Origin: Haliotis rubra
Lineage: Eukaryota
Length of the DNA stretch: 64,000 nucleotides
Assembly (NCBI RefSeq): GCF_003918875.1
Contig: NW_025765891.1
Location: 3,596,001-3,660,000 of the forward strand
Direction: 5' to 3'
Shown piece by piece: positions 38,359 through 50,910 of this stretch; the stretch's first letter is position 1, and each line of letters begins with the position of its first letter. The notes beneath the pieces are model-generated. The model was not told the origin of the DNA and searched no databases. It saw nothing but the letters and a program-made list of their open reading frames with translations. Both the position numbers and the translations under genes were made by a program.

Positions 38359-41300
38359 AGTTACAGGAGGGGTATATATATACAGAGTTACGGGCCTTAG
38401 TCGTAACAGTATCTTGGATATGGGTTCGAATTTTCAAGCTGACCTTCAAATGAATCAGTATTGAGCTTTCAAGCATTGAAAGTAACCGATTCAGACAGTC
38501 TCTTCCAAGCTACCTCAGAGTCACTGACTGCCAGTTGACATATTCTCAAAGTTGTAGTTTGAAAACAGACATATATGTCGTTCAGGACAGAATAAAGTCC
38601 GTTCTTTGTGTAACAGCAAAATATCGTCTTGTCAAGGCAGAGATGATCACACACGGTTCTCTAAAAATACCAAAAAAATATGTATCTAATTTTCAAAATA
38701 ATAAACAAGACGTTTGTTTGTCTGTTGTAGTGCCCTTGCCGATGTTTGTTTTTCATATGACGTTTCCTGTTTGTGAACTATAAATACCTGCCACTTTGGC
38801 TTTGTACCACCAAGAAGATTCAATTGGCACATAGGTTTTCGTTGTTTCCAAGCACACCAGCATGCAACGGTCACATCAGCACTAGACTCTGCACTACGCT
38901 GTCCCTCAATCACTACAGGTCGCTAAATTATGTTTTGATCAATAGTTATTTTCATGGCATAGCATTGGAAAAAATATAACCATGAAAGGTCGATGCTAAG
39001 ATATTATTAAATTAAGAAAGTCATGTATAGTGGCTTTACTTGCAGTATATTTTCAACATGTTTTAGAGGGAAGGGACGATTAACACGAGAGAAAGAAAGT
39101 AGAAGGTTTGTTTAGTCCTTGGATTGTCTGGATAAACCTAAACATAAGGAAGAGAGTTTTATGGATGTCAACTTCTTTATTATGAGGAACACAATGTTTC
39201 TGAGTTTCAAAGACCTAATCTTAAACAGTTTTGAACAGGTACACTTTTGTAGGGTTGAACTGTCTACACGTGACTTTTAGATTTGTCTAGCAGCGTGAAA
39301 TAGAACAACACACCTGTACAAAGAGCCTAGTGAAGGGATGAAACCATATTGATGTGATGAACCAATTTCACGACTGACTGAAGCGGCAGTAAAATACGGT
39401 TCCATAACATCAAAACATACTGCTCGTGCAGGGGCGCGCATGCCCCCTGTCCTTATAGTTTATTAAATTACCATAGAAACTCTCCAGAAAATGGGTGAAA
39501 ATGAACTGTGCAAACACACCCTCCCTTCCCCTCCTTTCTCAAAGAGCTGTATCCGCCCCTGCTCGTTATGTTGAAATCAGACAGCGTTATGTTGAAATCA
39601 GACAGTGCTATCCAGAATTCAGGGTTTTTTTCATTTCATGGATCGGCTGTGACGTTTAGTAGCTCAGTTGACTTGGTAATGCCAGGCCGACGTGGCTCAT
39701 TGCTCATGATGCTGATCACTAGATTGTCTGGTCCAGATTGTTTACAGACCGCCCTCGTGTTGTAGGAGTAATGATGGGTCGGTGACCCTTCCGAATACAG
39801 TCACGTGTTGCATCACCGACGTATAGGATGGACGTATAATGTCGTACAATAATCGGCCTCAATCAGTCCATACGTTTTGTTGTTGACTGTAGATACCATA
39901 TTGACCATTCACGTGACCTCCTCTTGACCTATAGATTGATAAGATAAGTGTTTGTGGTTGATGTCCATCAAATAATGCGTTTTTACACTGTTCAGTAATC
40001 AATAGAGTATGATCATGGTTGCAGAATGTGGATCATCGATCAAGGGATGATGTGAGACGTCTGTGTGGACGTACATGCTGTTGACAACGCAACGCAGGCT
40101 CGCTGTTTTATAAGAAATCACGGGTTGCGTGTATGATGCGTACGTACAATCCCTATATTAACCCTTAAGACCGTTCCATGTGATGTGGTTCAAAATCGAC
40201 TGCATCATATCTTTTTACATTACAAAGCCACATTAAATCTCACTGAAGCCTTAGGTCGACCCAAACGTTGCCAGTCTAACCTTGGAGGACGTCAGAGATG
40301 GATCGCCTCCATGGAGAGTCAACAAGAAACAATTATTGAAAATATCGAAATTCAATTCCGAACAATATTTATTCAAGATGAGAAAGATAAAAAATATTTT
40401 GAGAAATATTTCCCACTGTGGAAGTTACTTTACAAATATCTATCCTACTTGAATTATATTATGAAAAGTGTTACAGAACGACATAAATATGTGCATGTGA
40501 AATATTATGACATTAAGGCATTTCGTGAACATACTTTCACGTTTCGTGAACATATTTTCACAGTTCAGCAACGTATTGCTGGCATGAGACAATTGGACTT
40601 ATCAACAACACCAGCATTAGAACTTGCTTGAAGTCCATGTGATATCACTCGATGTATATATATATAGTCTACAGTTTATGGTCTAAGCAGAACAAAACGC
40701 ACACGACTACACAAATTGCTAGACCCCCAGGTGTAAACATTCTCCTTAACTTAGCTCCCTTTACTGTTAGAAACTGGTGGAACACATGATTCAACAGTCC
40801 AGACAGAAGATACAACGTAGATAGAGGGGGACATCACGGCAGTAGTGAGACACCAACGAGGAAAGATAACCATATATCGACGAACGATTCCGTCACTACA
40901 GTGTAGATATTAACACCGTTATCAAGCATGCAATGAACAGAATAAGGATTGAGAGGCATATATACACGAGTGAAGACGTGTTTTAACAGTCATTTGGAAT
41001 TAGGGTTACAATAGCATGGGGGAAGTCAGTTAACTACACATTGCTAACGATCAGGGTGTGAACGCTAACACGTGTCCCTACACCGAAACGCCCCTCCCAC
41101 TGTGATATATATTGTTATCCTTCCTTAGTGAGCTTCTAAATGCCTCTCAAAGAAGTAGACAATCACTGTCGGTGCGTGCAGAACGTGCACATCCCCATTG
41201 TGAGACGCTCACTATGTCAACTTGCGTCAGTGGTTGCTTCAAGTGTGTGTCAGTGGAAGTGTTCATCTTCTCACCTTAATCTCATTTCAAAATCCTGGAC

Positions 41301-41541
41301 TTTTCGGTGTACCATACACCTGCTCCTCTAACGCCAGACAACATCAGTGAACAGTGTGTGTCGTGCAGTGATAATACCAGAGCCACTATGTCCTAGTACG
41401 AGCATGCCTACAGTAATGCTAATCCATATTCGAGTCTGATACCTTGTAGTAGGTCCTCCTGGCGTGTATTGTCAACTCATATAACGCTAAATAACATAAT
41501 ACATCTACATATCACAGAACAAGCCATCGGCGATGTCGTCA

Positions 41542-41703
41542 TCATGATTCGCCGATGACGCTGCGGATCCACGTGACATAGTCGGTGACCCTGGTGAAGA
41601 CGGCGGGGAACTCCCCGGGACGATCACGGCTGGTGAAAGAGACGACGCCCGCTATGACATCTTCCCCGTCCTCCCGGCATACCAGAGGACTCCCGCTGTC
41701 GCC
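41542..41703 (-). CDS. S1A serine protease, last exon (catalytic Ser)
   Basis: gttgcag|GGC. Encodes GDSGSPLVCREDGEDVIAGVVSFTSRDRPGEFPAVFTRVTDYVTWIRSVIGES*. Confidence 0.93.
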   Translation of the reverse strand, partial: GDSGSPLVCREDGEDVIAGVVSFTSRDRPGEFPAVFTRVTDYVTWIRSVIGES

Positions 41704-41912
41704 CTGCAACAGTGAGTGAGTGAGTGACTTGGGTTAACACTGCTTGTAAATACCTGAGCCTGGACCATGCAAACCTGTGACTAACGTCCTAATTGGTAAA
41801 CCCACCATTTTCACACTTCAATTCTCTGACGGCATGCAAGCGAAACGTGGGTTGGAATAATCTCAGGTTCATGGGGGGAAATACTGGAATATATGGGGGT
41901 TGTAAAACTATA

Positions 41913-42012
41913 CTGACTGACTGAGTTTAGTTTTACGCCGCTTTTAGCAATATTCCAGCAATATCACGGCGGGGGACACCAGAAATGGGCTTAACACAGT
42001 GTGCCCATGTGG
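41913..42012 (-). mobile_element. SINE family A, 5'-truncated
   Basis: 12-bp TSD TGTAAAACTATA at 41901-41912 and 42013-42024. Confidence 0.85.
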
Positions 42013-42129
42013 TGTAAAACTATAAAGGACATCCCTACGCGAAATAGAATCGAAATAGATTCATACAAGATATCGATTATGTTTCGTTTAGCAATATTCA
42101 GTTATAGTCAATCTATATCATGGTGGTTT

Positions 42130-42322
42130 CTGAGTGAGTGTGAGTTAAGATTGAATGTCACATCGGCAATATTTCAGCCATATTATGGCGGTCTCTTAGC
42201 AATCTAGTCTGGATAAGACAATCAAGTCATTGACGTCACCAGCATTGATCTAAGGGGATATGATGAAATGATCAAGTCAGAATAGCCTGACACCCGATCC
42301 CGTTAGTCGGCTTTCGTGACAA
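42130..42322 (-). mobile_element. Retroposon family B, diverged copy
   Basis: CACCCGATCCCGTTAGTCGGCTTTCGTGACAA plus a tail remnant. Confidence 0.65.
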
Positions 42323-42431
42323 ATCATCGGGGGTGGGCCAAGGGAATTGTTATGGATGAGAACGACTAAACGGTTCCTTAACAGACTGCGAACTTTGTAG
42401 GGTACGCCAGCTTGAAGTATGAACTCCTTAC

Positions 42432-42571
42432 CGAGCAAACACCGACTCCTCCGTTCCTGTACCCTGCACACACCCGTTTGTCCATGTCCCGGATACTGTA
42501 GTGGAGTTCGCACATGTAGTCACTGTACACTGGCAGCTGAATCTCACGTGCTACAGGAGATGGCCCGCCAC
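42432..42571 (-). CDS. S1A serine protease, exon 7
   Basis: cactag|GT..TCG|gtaagg. Encodes GGGPSPVAREIQLPVYSDYMCELHYSIRDMDKRVCAGYRNGGVGVCS. Confidence 0.9.
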
Positions 42572-42760
42572 CTAGTGGGCATCACAGGTCAATATTTACC
42601 AGTATTCAAAATATCGTATAATTTCATCTCTCGTTTAATTACATCTTCTTATGTGGCAATAAACGGTGCAATTTCTTCTTAAAGTATAGTGCTCCTGAAT
42701 AGTTCTGGTATTTGCTATGTCTTTGTTTCTTCAAGTTTAACTCCATCGAGACAGACTTAC

Positions 42761-42925
42761 CGTTACTGGTACAGCCCCACCCGGTGGTGACACACAGCTG
42801 ACCCACCCCAGGGAAACTGTCGTCAAAGGCACGGGGGAGGTTGACCCTTTTGATGTAGCCGAATTCGGGACCGGAAGGCACTGGGCGGCTCAGTCTGACC
42901 ATTGCGATGTCGTTGGCCCAGATAC
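42761..42925 (-). CDS. S1A serine protease, exon 6 (catalytic Asp)
   Basis: ttttcag|GT..G|gtaagt. Encodes IWANDIAMVRL...LCVTTGWGCTSN. Confidence 0.92.
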
Positions 42926-43015
42926 CTGAAAACAAGAGTGAGTGAGTGTACGAGTGAGTGAGTGAGTGATGTTACATAAGTGATGGACACAAGCGATAAC
43001 AGGAAATCTACGTAC

Positions 43016-43133
43016 TTGATTCGTTATAGTGCGGATGGATCACTATTCTCTCCACCCCGATCTCCCACTGCATCCACTCAGATCGTTGTAGTAGCCGTCC
43101 CAGAAGATGTAGTAGCCGCTCCGCCGGCGATGT
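43016..43133 (-). CDS. S1A serine protease, exon 5
   Basis: ctctgtcag|ACA..TCA A|gtacgt. Encodes TSPAERLLHLLGRLLQRSEWMQWEIGVERIVIHPHYNES. Confidence 0.85.
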
Positions 43134-43371
43134 CTGACAGAGACAACACATGATAATCTGTTCATTCCTGATTTATGATGCCCTACCTCTGCCGTGTGAC
43201 GATACATTGGGACGTGAGTTTAACATGAAACAAATAACCAATTCTGTATCTGATACATGGTGGCCTCTAGTGGGACAAGCTACAGTGAGACAAACGGTGA
43301 GCCTTCGTGGGACATATAGACCAACAGAGACAACACTGGCGGACATAGGGGGTGGGGACAGTGAGACTTAC

Positions 43372-43429
43372 CCTGAGTTTGGTTGTGGCGAGACGGACCT
43401 CCCAGTTGCGAGGTGATCTTGCCGTTGAC
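43372..43429 (-). CDS. S1A serine protease, exon 4
   Basis: ttcatag|G..AGG|gtaagt. Encodes STARSPRNWEVRLATTKLR. Phases match both neighbouring exons. Confidence 0.85.
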
Positions 43430-43656
43430 CTATGAATGGAATAGGTATAAAATATAGGCATAGTTAATTCCGTTTATTCAAATGGCTTGTGTGCGGAATT
43501 TACAAGTCAGTGTTACTTTAAACACCGCATACAAATGCAACTCAAGAGTGAACCGACACTTCTACGATATAGCGCTAAATGATCTGAGGCCATGTTACTG
43601 AACAGAACAATAAACTAGAGTCAAATACATGAGGCAACAGCTCACTGAGCAAGTAG

Positions 43657-43826
43657 TGAGTGAGTGAGTGAGTTTTTGGTTTTACGCCGCTTTTAGCAAT
43701 ATTCCAGCAATATCACGGCGGGGGACACCAGAAATGAGCTTCACACATTGTACCCATGTGGGGAATCGAACCCGGGTCTTCGGCGTGACGAGCGAACGCT
43801 TTAACCACCAGGCTACCCCACCTCCC
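43657..43826 (-). mobile_element. tRNA-derived SINE family A
   Basis: 14-bp TSD CACTGAGCAAGTAG at 43643-43656 and 43827-43840. Confidence 0.92.
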
Positions 43827-44421
43827 CACTGAGCAAGTAGACATTGTATAGACGTATGAGATTAATGAAAGTATTCCTGGTATATAAAGAATATACTTAT
43901 CGTATTCTTTTGTTGCATCGATGGCCTATCCATTATGTGAGTGAATGAGTGAGTGAGTATGGTTTACGCCCCTTTCAGCAATATGCATGCAATATCCCGG
44001 CGGGAGATTTAAGAAATGGGGAATCAAACCCGGTCTTCAGAGTAAATATTTTCTATAGTTTTATATTATAACTGTTACAATATGTATACTTTGTACGACT
44101 ATTTAACATATTTAAAGAAGTTTGATTCAATAGATATCCTTTAACTTCCAAAACACGACACTGACAATCGCATCAAATATAATCATGTCTTGCCGAGTTA
44201 ATTCTTAGACACCATCAAACCTTACTTCTTTGAGAGGCATTTTAGAAGTTGTATAGATGAAGGAAAACCACTTGCTTGATAACGGTGTTAGTACCTACAC
44301 CGAAAGGTCGCACTCATTGCAATAAAGAAGTTGACTATCCATAGAACTTGGTTTTCCTTCACCATCAAACCTAGGTGTATACTGTATAGTTTCTTTTTCC
44401 CGTCAGTATATACTCACTTAC

Positions 44422-44623
44422 CCGTACTCCTTAAAGCAGTGGGCAGCGGTAATCACCCAGCGGTCATTGAGAACTGTACCCCCACAGAATATATGACGAT
44501 GTTGAAGTGGGATTCCCAGGAACCGTGTCGTTACTATGGTTGCCCTTAGCAACACTAGCCAGGGCGTGGAACCCCGACTGACAGGGCGGCCTCCAATAGC
44601 CCTCTCCACGCGGGGTGCATCAT
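44422..44623 (-). CDS. S1A serine protease, exon 3 (activation site, catalytic His)
   Basis: ttcccag|AT..GG|gtaagt. Encodes DAPRVER-AIGG...PWLV...FCGGTVLNDRWVITAAHCF. Confidence 0.93.
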
Positions 44624-45010
44624 CTGGGAAGGAAGAGAAGGCAGAGGTGAAACTTATATATCTTAGAAGTCAAAGTTGTTTTGCCATTCAGTCAGTTCCT
44701 GTCTTTCAGTTAATCCTAATGATGTTGTAAACGCTTTAACCACAAGGCTACCCCACCGCCCACTGTATATTTGTATATTTAATTCAAGGCCCAACATTTT
44801 ATCAGCAATCAGTAGCTTATACCGCCGTCTGTGAAACAAATTAAGTACCCAAGAACCATCTGTGTATATCAGTTTCGTCCCCAGCCCTCTAATATGCCGC
44901 AGTTTGCTGTGCAGAGTTGTGTCCCTTGGGGTGGTAGGAGCATATTATCTTCGGTTCGACTCTTAGATTCGGCCTGATGATGATTCTTTGTTTGTCAGCA
45001 CGTAAATGTT

Positions 45011-47689
45011 CTAATACAGATGCTAGTCAGCAGGCCACTACTGAGGAAGAGTCATGGGTTAGATATGTGTGGTCTAAGGACAGTAATAGTCAGTTTGCAA
45101 CACAGTTTCACAACAAATTGTTAGATATGTCTGTTACACTAACTGACCTTGTGTATACCAATATTGATGAAGCAGTTAATCTCTTAGTTAGTGTGATACA
45201 ACAAACTGCTTCCCATACTAGAAGTGTGTATCGTAGCTTTGATAAGCACAGGGACAGATCACAGCCCCCCCTGGTGGGATGCAGAGCTGGAACAACTAAA
45301 ACACGATAAATATTCTGCATTACGTGCACACAGAGACAATAATCAGGACTTGGATATATTTCGACAACTACAAAAACTATTTAAAAAGACATTCATATCC
45401 AAAAAAGGAGAATTATCAGTGTAAGCAGAGACAGAAACTAGTGGATTCCAGCAGTGACTCAAGCCAATTTTGGAAATTATTGAAACAATATAGAGTGTGT
45501 GACAGTCTTCCCTCATCTATCTCATGTAATCAGTGGTTTGATCACTTTGTATCATTACTTTGTGTTAACCAGCCTGATGTTTTACCTATTGTTTCACCAC
45601 ATGTTGTAAATGCTACTGATGTGTCAACACTTAATGCTGCTATTACTGAGCAGGAAGTTTTGTTTCACATTTTACATTCTCCTAACAATAAGTCCCCTGG
45701 ACCTGATGGTATATCAAATGAGTTTCTTAAAGCATCAAGTGCCTCCATTGTACCTTTTCTTACAGTACTGTTTAATCAGATATTTGATAGTGGTAATTTT
45801 CCATGTGGTTGGGGCAAGAATATTATATGCCCTCTGTTCAAATCTGGCTGTAAAAGTAACCCAAATAGTTATAGGGGTATATCTTATTGATTCTATTTGT
45901 AAAACATTTTCCTATATTTTGAATAAGCGTTTAAAATCATGGTGCGATGCACATGAAATTATTACAGTAATGAGTCCCAGGCAGGCTTCAGAGCAGGGTA
46001 CTCCACAATTGATCATATTTTCTCTCTTCAGGCTTTAGCTAAAAAATATTCTGGTAAAAAGAGAGGTAGATTTTATTGCCTTTTTATTGATTTCTCAAAG
46101 GCTTTTGACACAATAAGACATGATGTTCTCTTGCAATCTTTAGCTGAAGTTGGTATTTCTGGTAAATTTTATAATATAATATCATCAATGTACAGCAGTT
46201 TATCTGCATGTGTTAGAACTTCAAAGGGGTTATCTAAGTGTTTTACATGTAATATTGGTACCCGTCAGGGTTGTGTGTTAAGCCCACAGCTGTTTATCAT
46301 ATTTATTAATAAGTGGTTTTCCCTAATGGAACAGGAAGGTGGTATAGGTGTTAATGTTTCATCTGATTTTAACAATTTGTGTTCACTTATGTTTGCTGAT
46401 GATGTTTCTGCACTTTCTGATACTTGTAATCAGTTACAAAAGAAGATAAATGCACTTGAATGTTTTTGTGAACAAACTGGAATGTCAATTAATCTTAGTA
46501 AAACAAAAGTTCTTGTCTTTAGAAATGGTGGGCCATTACGGGAATATGAAAAGTGGTCCTATAATGGCAATCCTATTGAAACTGTATCCTTTTATAAATA
46601 TCTAGGACTTGTATTTACACCAAAGCTGGTATGGAGTAAAGCGCAAAGCTGTTTGGTATCTCAAGCTAACAAGGCGATATTTTCTGTAAATGGTTTTCAA
46701 AAAAAGATGGGAAGAGTAAATTGTAAAGACTTGTTTAAGATTTTTGACTGCATGGTTTCACCTATTTTGTGTTATGGGTCTGAGATTTGGGGTACTAACT
46801 ATTGTAGCATCATTGAGTCTGTTCAGGTAAAATTTTGTAAATATTTCTTGAAAGTTGGTAAATCTACCTGTAATAACATGGCTCTTGGTGATTGTGGCAG
46901 ACCTCCTCTACAAATTACTTATATGACTAAAGTAATTAAATACTGGTGTCACCTATTGTATATGCCTTATGATAGACTGCCAAAACATTGTTATATTATG
47001 CTCAAGTCCTTAGATGATGTTGGCCGCACTACTTGGGCAACTTGTGTCAAAAATATTTTATTTAAGTATGGTTTTGGCTATGCATGGATCAGTCAGGATG
47101 TTGGCAATGTTGATTATTTCATATCCTTGTTTAAGCAGAGACTTTCGGATAATCTTAAACAATGTTGGTCCACTTCAATTCAAAATTCAAATAAGTGTTT
47201 TATTATTCCCAATTTAAGACATTTTTAAATGTGGAAAGATATTTAAATTCTGATATTCCTTTACATCTCAGATCTGCACTCTCTAAATTTAGATGTGGAA
47301 ATTTTAATTTAGCTGTTGAAACTGGTAGATACAATAAAGTTAATTACAACGAGAGACTATGTCTATTTTGTAAATTGGATGACAAAAATGTTATTGAAGA
47401 TGAATTCCATGTACTCCTTAAGTGTGAACGTTTTTCTGATTTAAGGTTAAGATATATTCAGAAATATTTGACTGATTTTGATCCAAATGCCAATTTTATT
47501 AACATTATGAAAACACATAATGATTGTATCATAAGAGATGTCAGTATTTTCCTGTATCATGTACTTCAGCGCATTAGAAATGTTCCTCTTACGCAGCATG
47601 TGCACTAAACTATCTATATCATATGCAAATGACTGTATGATGGGCCTGTGGCCTTTTACTGAATAAACTTGTCTGTCTGTCTGTCTGTC
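45011..47689 (+). mobile_element. 5'-truncated, frameshifted non-LTR retrotransposon (LINE; RTE-X-like), antisense within a protease intron
   Basis: RT motifs KSPGPDG, GTRQGCVLSP, FADD and YKYLG, plus C-terminal ETGRY..RLCLFC..EDEFHVLLKC, spread over several frames. AATAAA + (TGTC)n tail. TSD TAAATGTT at 45003-45010 and 47690-47697. Clade assignment is tentative. Confidence 0.9.
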
Positions 47690-48199
47690 TAAATGTTTAA
47701 CGCTTGAGATCTATATCTCGACCAGTTCATCAAAGGATCCATCTACCAATCTTATCCACCAATATGTCCGTCCATTCACGCTTAGGACTCCCAGTGTTAT
47801 CCTTCCATCCGTTTTTCTACCATACCGTGTATCTATTCATCTTAGTCACCATCCATCTGCAGGTTCATCGTCTATCAAACCATCATCCTTCCATCTGTCA
47901 CACAAACATCCACCAATATATCTACGTACATAGCCACATATGCTACGTCACATGAACATAGGGAAGGGGGTTCTGGCACTGAACACCTGCATTCCGTCAA
48001 AGGCCATATGGTGTGTACTCCGTCAGTCAGCCTCTCCAGAATTTATTATCCTTGTTATACAAATAAACATAAACTTTGCGTAAAAGCCCTCTCCGACAAG
48101 ATGGTCGATATACATCAGAATAAGTAGCAGCCATAAACAAAATAAACATCGTCCTCGTAAAACCTGTGATATACAGATGAAAAAGATTGTCTTGTAACC

Positions 48200-49130
48200 T
48201 GAGTGTAATACTAGAACAGCAAGCTGTGTAATACTGGAACGGCTTAGAGTGCAATACTAGAACAGCAAGCTGTGTAATATTGGAACGGCTGAGAGTGTAA
48301 TACTAGAACAGCAAGCTGTGTAATACTGGAACGGCTGAGAGTGTAATACTAGAACAGCAAGGTGTGTAATATTGGAACGGCTGAGAGAGTAATACTAGAA
48401 CAGCAAGCTGTGTAATATTGGAACGGCTGAGAGTGCAATACTAGAACAGGAAGCTGTGTAATATTGGAACGGCTGAGAGTGTAATACTAGATAAGCAAGC
48501 TGTGTAATATTGGAACGGCTTAGGGAGCAATATAAGAACAGCAAGCTGTGTAATATTGGAACGGTTGAGAGTGCAATACTAGAACAGGAAGCTGTGTAAT
48601 ATTGGAACGGCTGAGAGTGCAATACTAGAACAGCAAGCTGTGTAATATTGGAACGGTTTAGAGTGCAATACTAGAACATCAAGCTGTGTAATATTGGAAC
48701 GGTTTAGAGCGCAATACTAGAACATCAAGCTGTGTAATATTGGAACGGTTTAGAGTGCAATACTAGAACAGCAAGCTGTGTAATATTGGAACGGCTGAGA
48801 GCGTAATACTAGAACAGCAAGCTGTGTAATGCTGGAATGGCGTACAGTGTAGTACTGGAAGGGCAAACAGTGTAAGATCAAACATTGTAATACTTCCAAA
48901 ACAAGTAGTGTACAACTGCAACAGCAAGCAGGTTAATACTGCAAACGCAAGCAGTATAATATTGTAACAGCAAGCAGGGTAATACTGCAACAGCAAGCAG
49001 TATAATATTGTAACAGCAAGCAGGTTAATACTGCAAACGCAAGCAGTATAATATTGTAACAGCAAGCAGGGTAATACTGCAACAGCAAGCAGTGGAACAA
49101 ACAAGAGTGTAATACTTGCAACAGCAAGCA
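48200..49130. repeat. 46-bp tandem repeat (dimer of 23-mers) grading into degenerate ~22-23-bp monomers
   Basis: Unit GTGTAATACTAGAACAGCAAGCT+GTGTAATATTGGAACGGCTGAGA, ~14 copies up to ~48840. Confidence 0.93.
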
Positions 49131-49264
49131 TGCCGGTGTAACTATGTTGTCAGTCCTTACAGGTAATATATATATTTTCTAAGTTTCTAAGTTGCTGTAT
49201 CTTAGATTCAAGACTTATTTCATTCGTTTGTATCAATAATCATGGATGATCCCCACTGTGATAT

Positions 49265-49400
49265 GGGTGAGTATGGTTTTACGCCGCAATACTCAAGCAA
49301 AGTCACGACCAGAAATAGGCTTCACATATTGTATCAATGTGCGGAACAAAACACGGTCCTTCGTCGTGACTGGCGAACGCTTTAACCACAAGGCTACACC
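49265..49400 (-). mobile_element. SINE family A, diverged
   Basis: GGCTTCACATATTGTA...CGTGACTGGCGAACGCTTTAACCAC. Other decayed copies lie near 6880, 7380, 21480, 43937, 44730, 51940 and 63190. Confidence 0.7.
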
Positions 49401-50527
49401 CATCGTCCCGCCATTGCGGTGGATTTTATTTCTGTTTTGGGAATACAATCATTGTTGGTGAGAAAAAGCCTTAGTTAATTTAACATGAACAATCCAGAAA
49501 AATGTCTTGTAATTCATTCATGTTTGTCTGAATACCAGTGAGTGAATCACTAAATACTTTCTTGTCTTGTAACTAACATTGTGTGTGAGTCATACAGAGT
49601 TGGATGAATATGTGTGTGACTCAATGTCATCGTAACAGTAATCGATGCCACCCTCACATCTGTACCGTAAACACCAGGAAACCATAACAAATGGATTGCT
49701 CATGAAACTGCACCAGGACCCTTCTAGGTTTGTCTATACAACAGCTGCTTTCAAAGGGGCATTGCGACTCTCATCGGAATTGCACGGTTGGGTCATATAC
49801 GATTACAAGATGGGGCATGTGAGAGTTGTATGATCACGTGATCACAGGGGACTGATACCACGTGACGGTGACACAGAGCCCGGGGGTGTTGGGTACGAGA
49901 TCACCCAGATCATTGATGGAAAAGCATCACTTGAAGCACTCCTTGAACATTAGGTCACTTCCGATACGTTATGTAGTATTGATGTTTCCGAGTTAGAAGG
50001 TGCACCATTCATGCCGGTGAATCGATTCATTTACCTCTCACTGTCAGCTAACGTTATGGTAGAGTCATGTTAAAGGAAATGAAGGACATTTTGCATGGAG
50101 ACACCAAACCCATTTTTTTCTCTCCCGTGCTGGTAACACAGCCCGCGAAGTCTTTGTGAATGTGGAAGTATCGACCTGTTGCCTGACTGTATTACACACA
50201 GGGGACCGCACTGCACGACAGGGAGGGTCCTCGTGTACGTCTCCCTGGCACCGTCACTCATAACGCTGTGTTATAACCCAGTACGGCGTTAAACAATACA
50301 AGACTGAAGTAAATGTAAGCGGCAAAATCCTGTCCAAAGCATCAAGAAATATCCGCAAAAAGAATGGACTCTTGTAAAATTCAGATTTTATCATAAACAT
50401 GTGTTTCTGAATAGTGAACACCAGGTGTTGGTAATAAGGCGATCGTATCCCTTGACACCCGTCACAAACACATTTAAAGGCATGTCAATTGTTAAGGTTA
50501 AAAAGTCAAATAGGAAATAGCAACTAC

Positions 50528-50760
50528 AGTGAGTGAGTGAGTGAGTTTAGTTTTACACCACACTCAGCAATATTCAAGCTGTATGGCGGAGTCTGGAACA
50601 TACAATCCAGTGATCAACAGCATGAGCATCGATCTACGCAGTTGGGATACGATGACATGTGTCAACCAAGTCAGTAAGTCTGACCAACCTATCTCGTTAG
50701 TCGCCTCTTACGACAAGCATGGGTTACTGAAGATCAAATCTAACCCTGGTCTTCACGGGT
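50528..50760 (-). mobile_element. Retroposon family B, near full-length
   Basis: Head (minus strand) ACCCGTGAAGACCAGGGTTAGATTTGATCTTCAGTAACCCATGCTTGTCGTAAGAGGCGACTAACG, with (ACTC)n tail. Confidence 0.88.
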
Positions 50761-50910
50761 TCCAAAAGACTACAACAATGAAATGTTTCTGTGTTTGGTC
50801 TGAAGCCAGCACCTACAGTTCTCAGCTGTTTAAATACCATTGACTGAGTGTGTGTCATCAGACGATATCGTAACCTCGAAACATATTGATATAGATTGAT
50901 CAACATATTG

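Noticed and set aside
40185-40631. 148-aa ORF and nearby TTAACCCTT piggyBac-like end
   Set aside because: GTG start, no recognisable domain, and no matching second TIR found.
47986-50310. GC-richer patches in the long protease intron as extra (clip/CUB-type) exons
   Set aside because: The frames I tested hit stops or had the wrong phase. The signal exon already joins exon 3 in phase.
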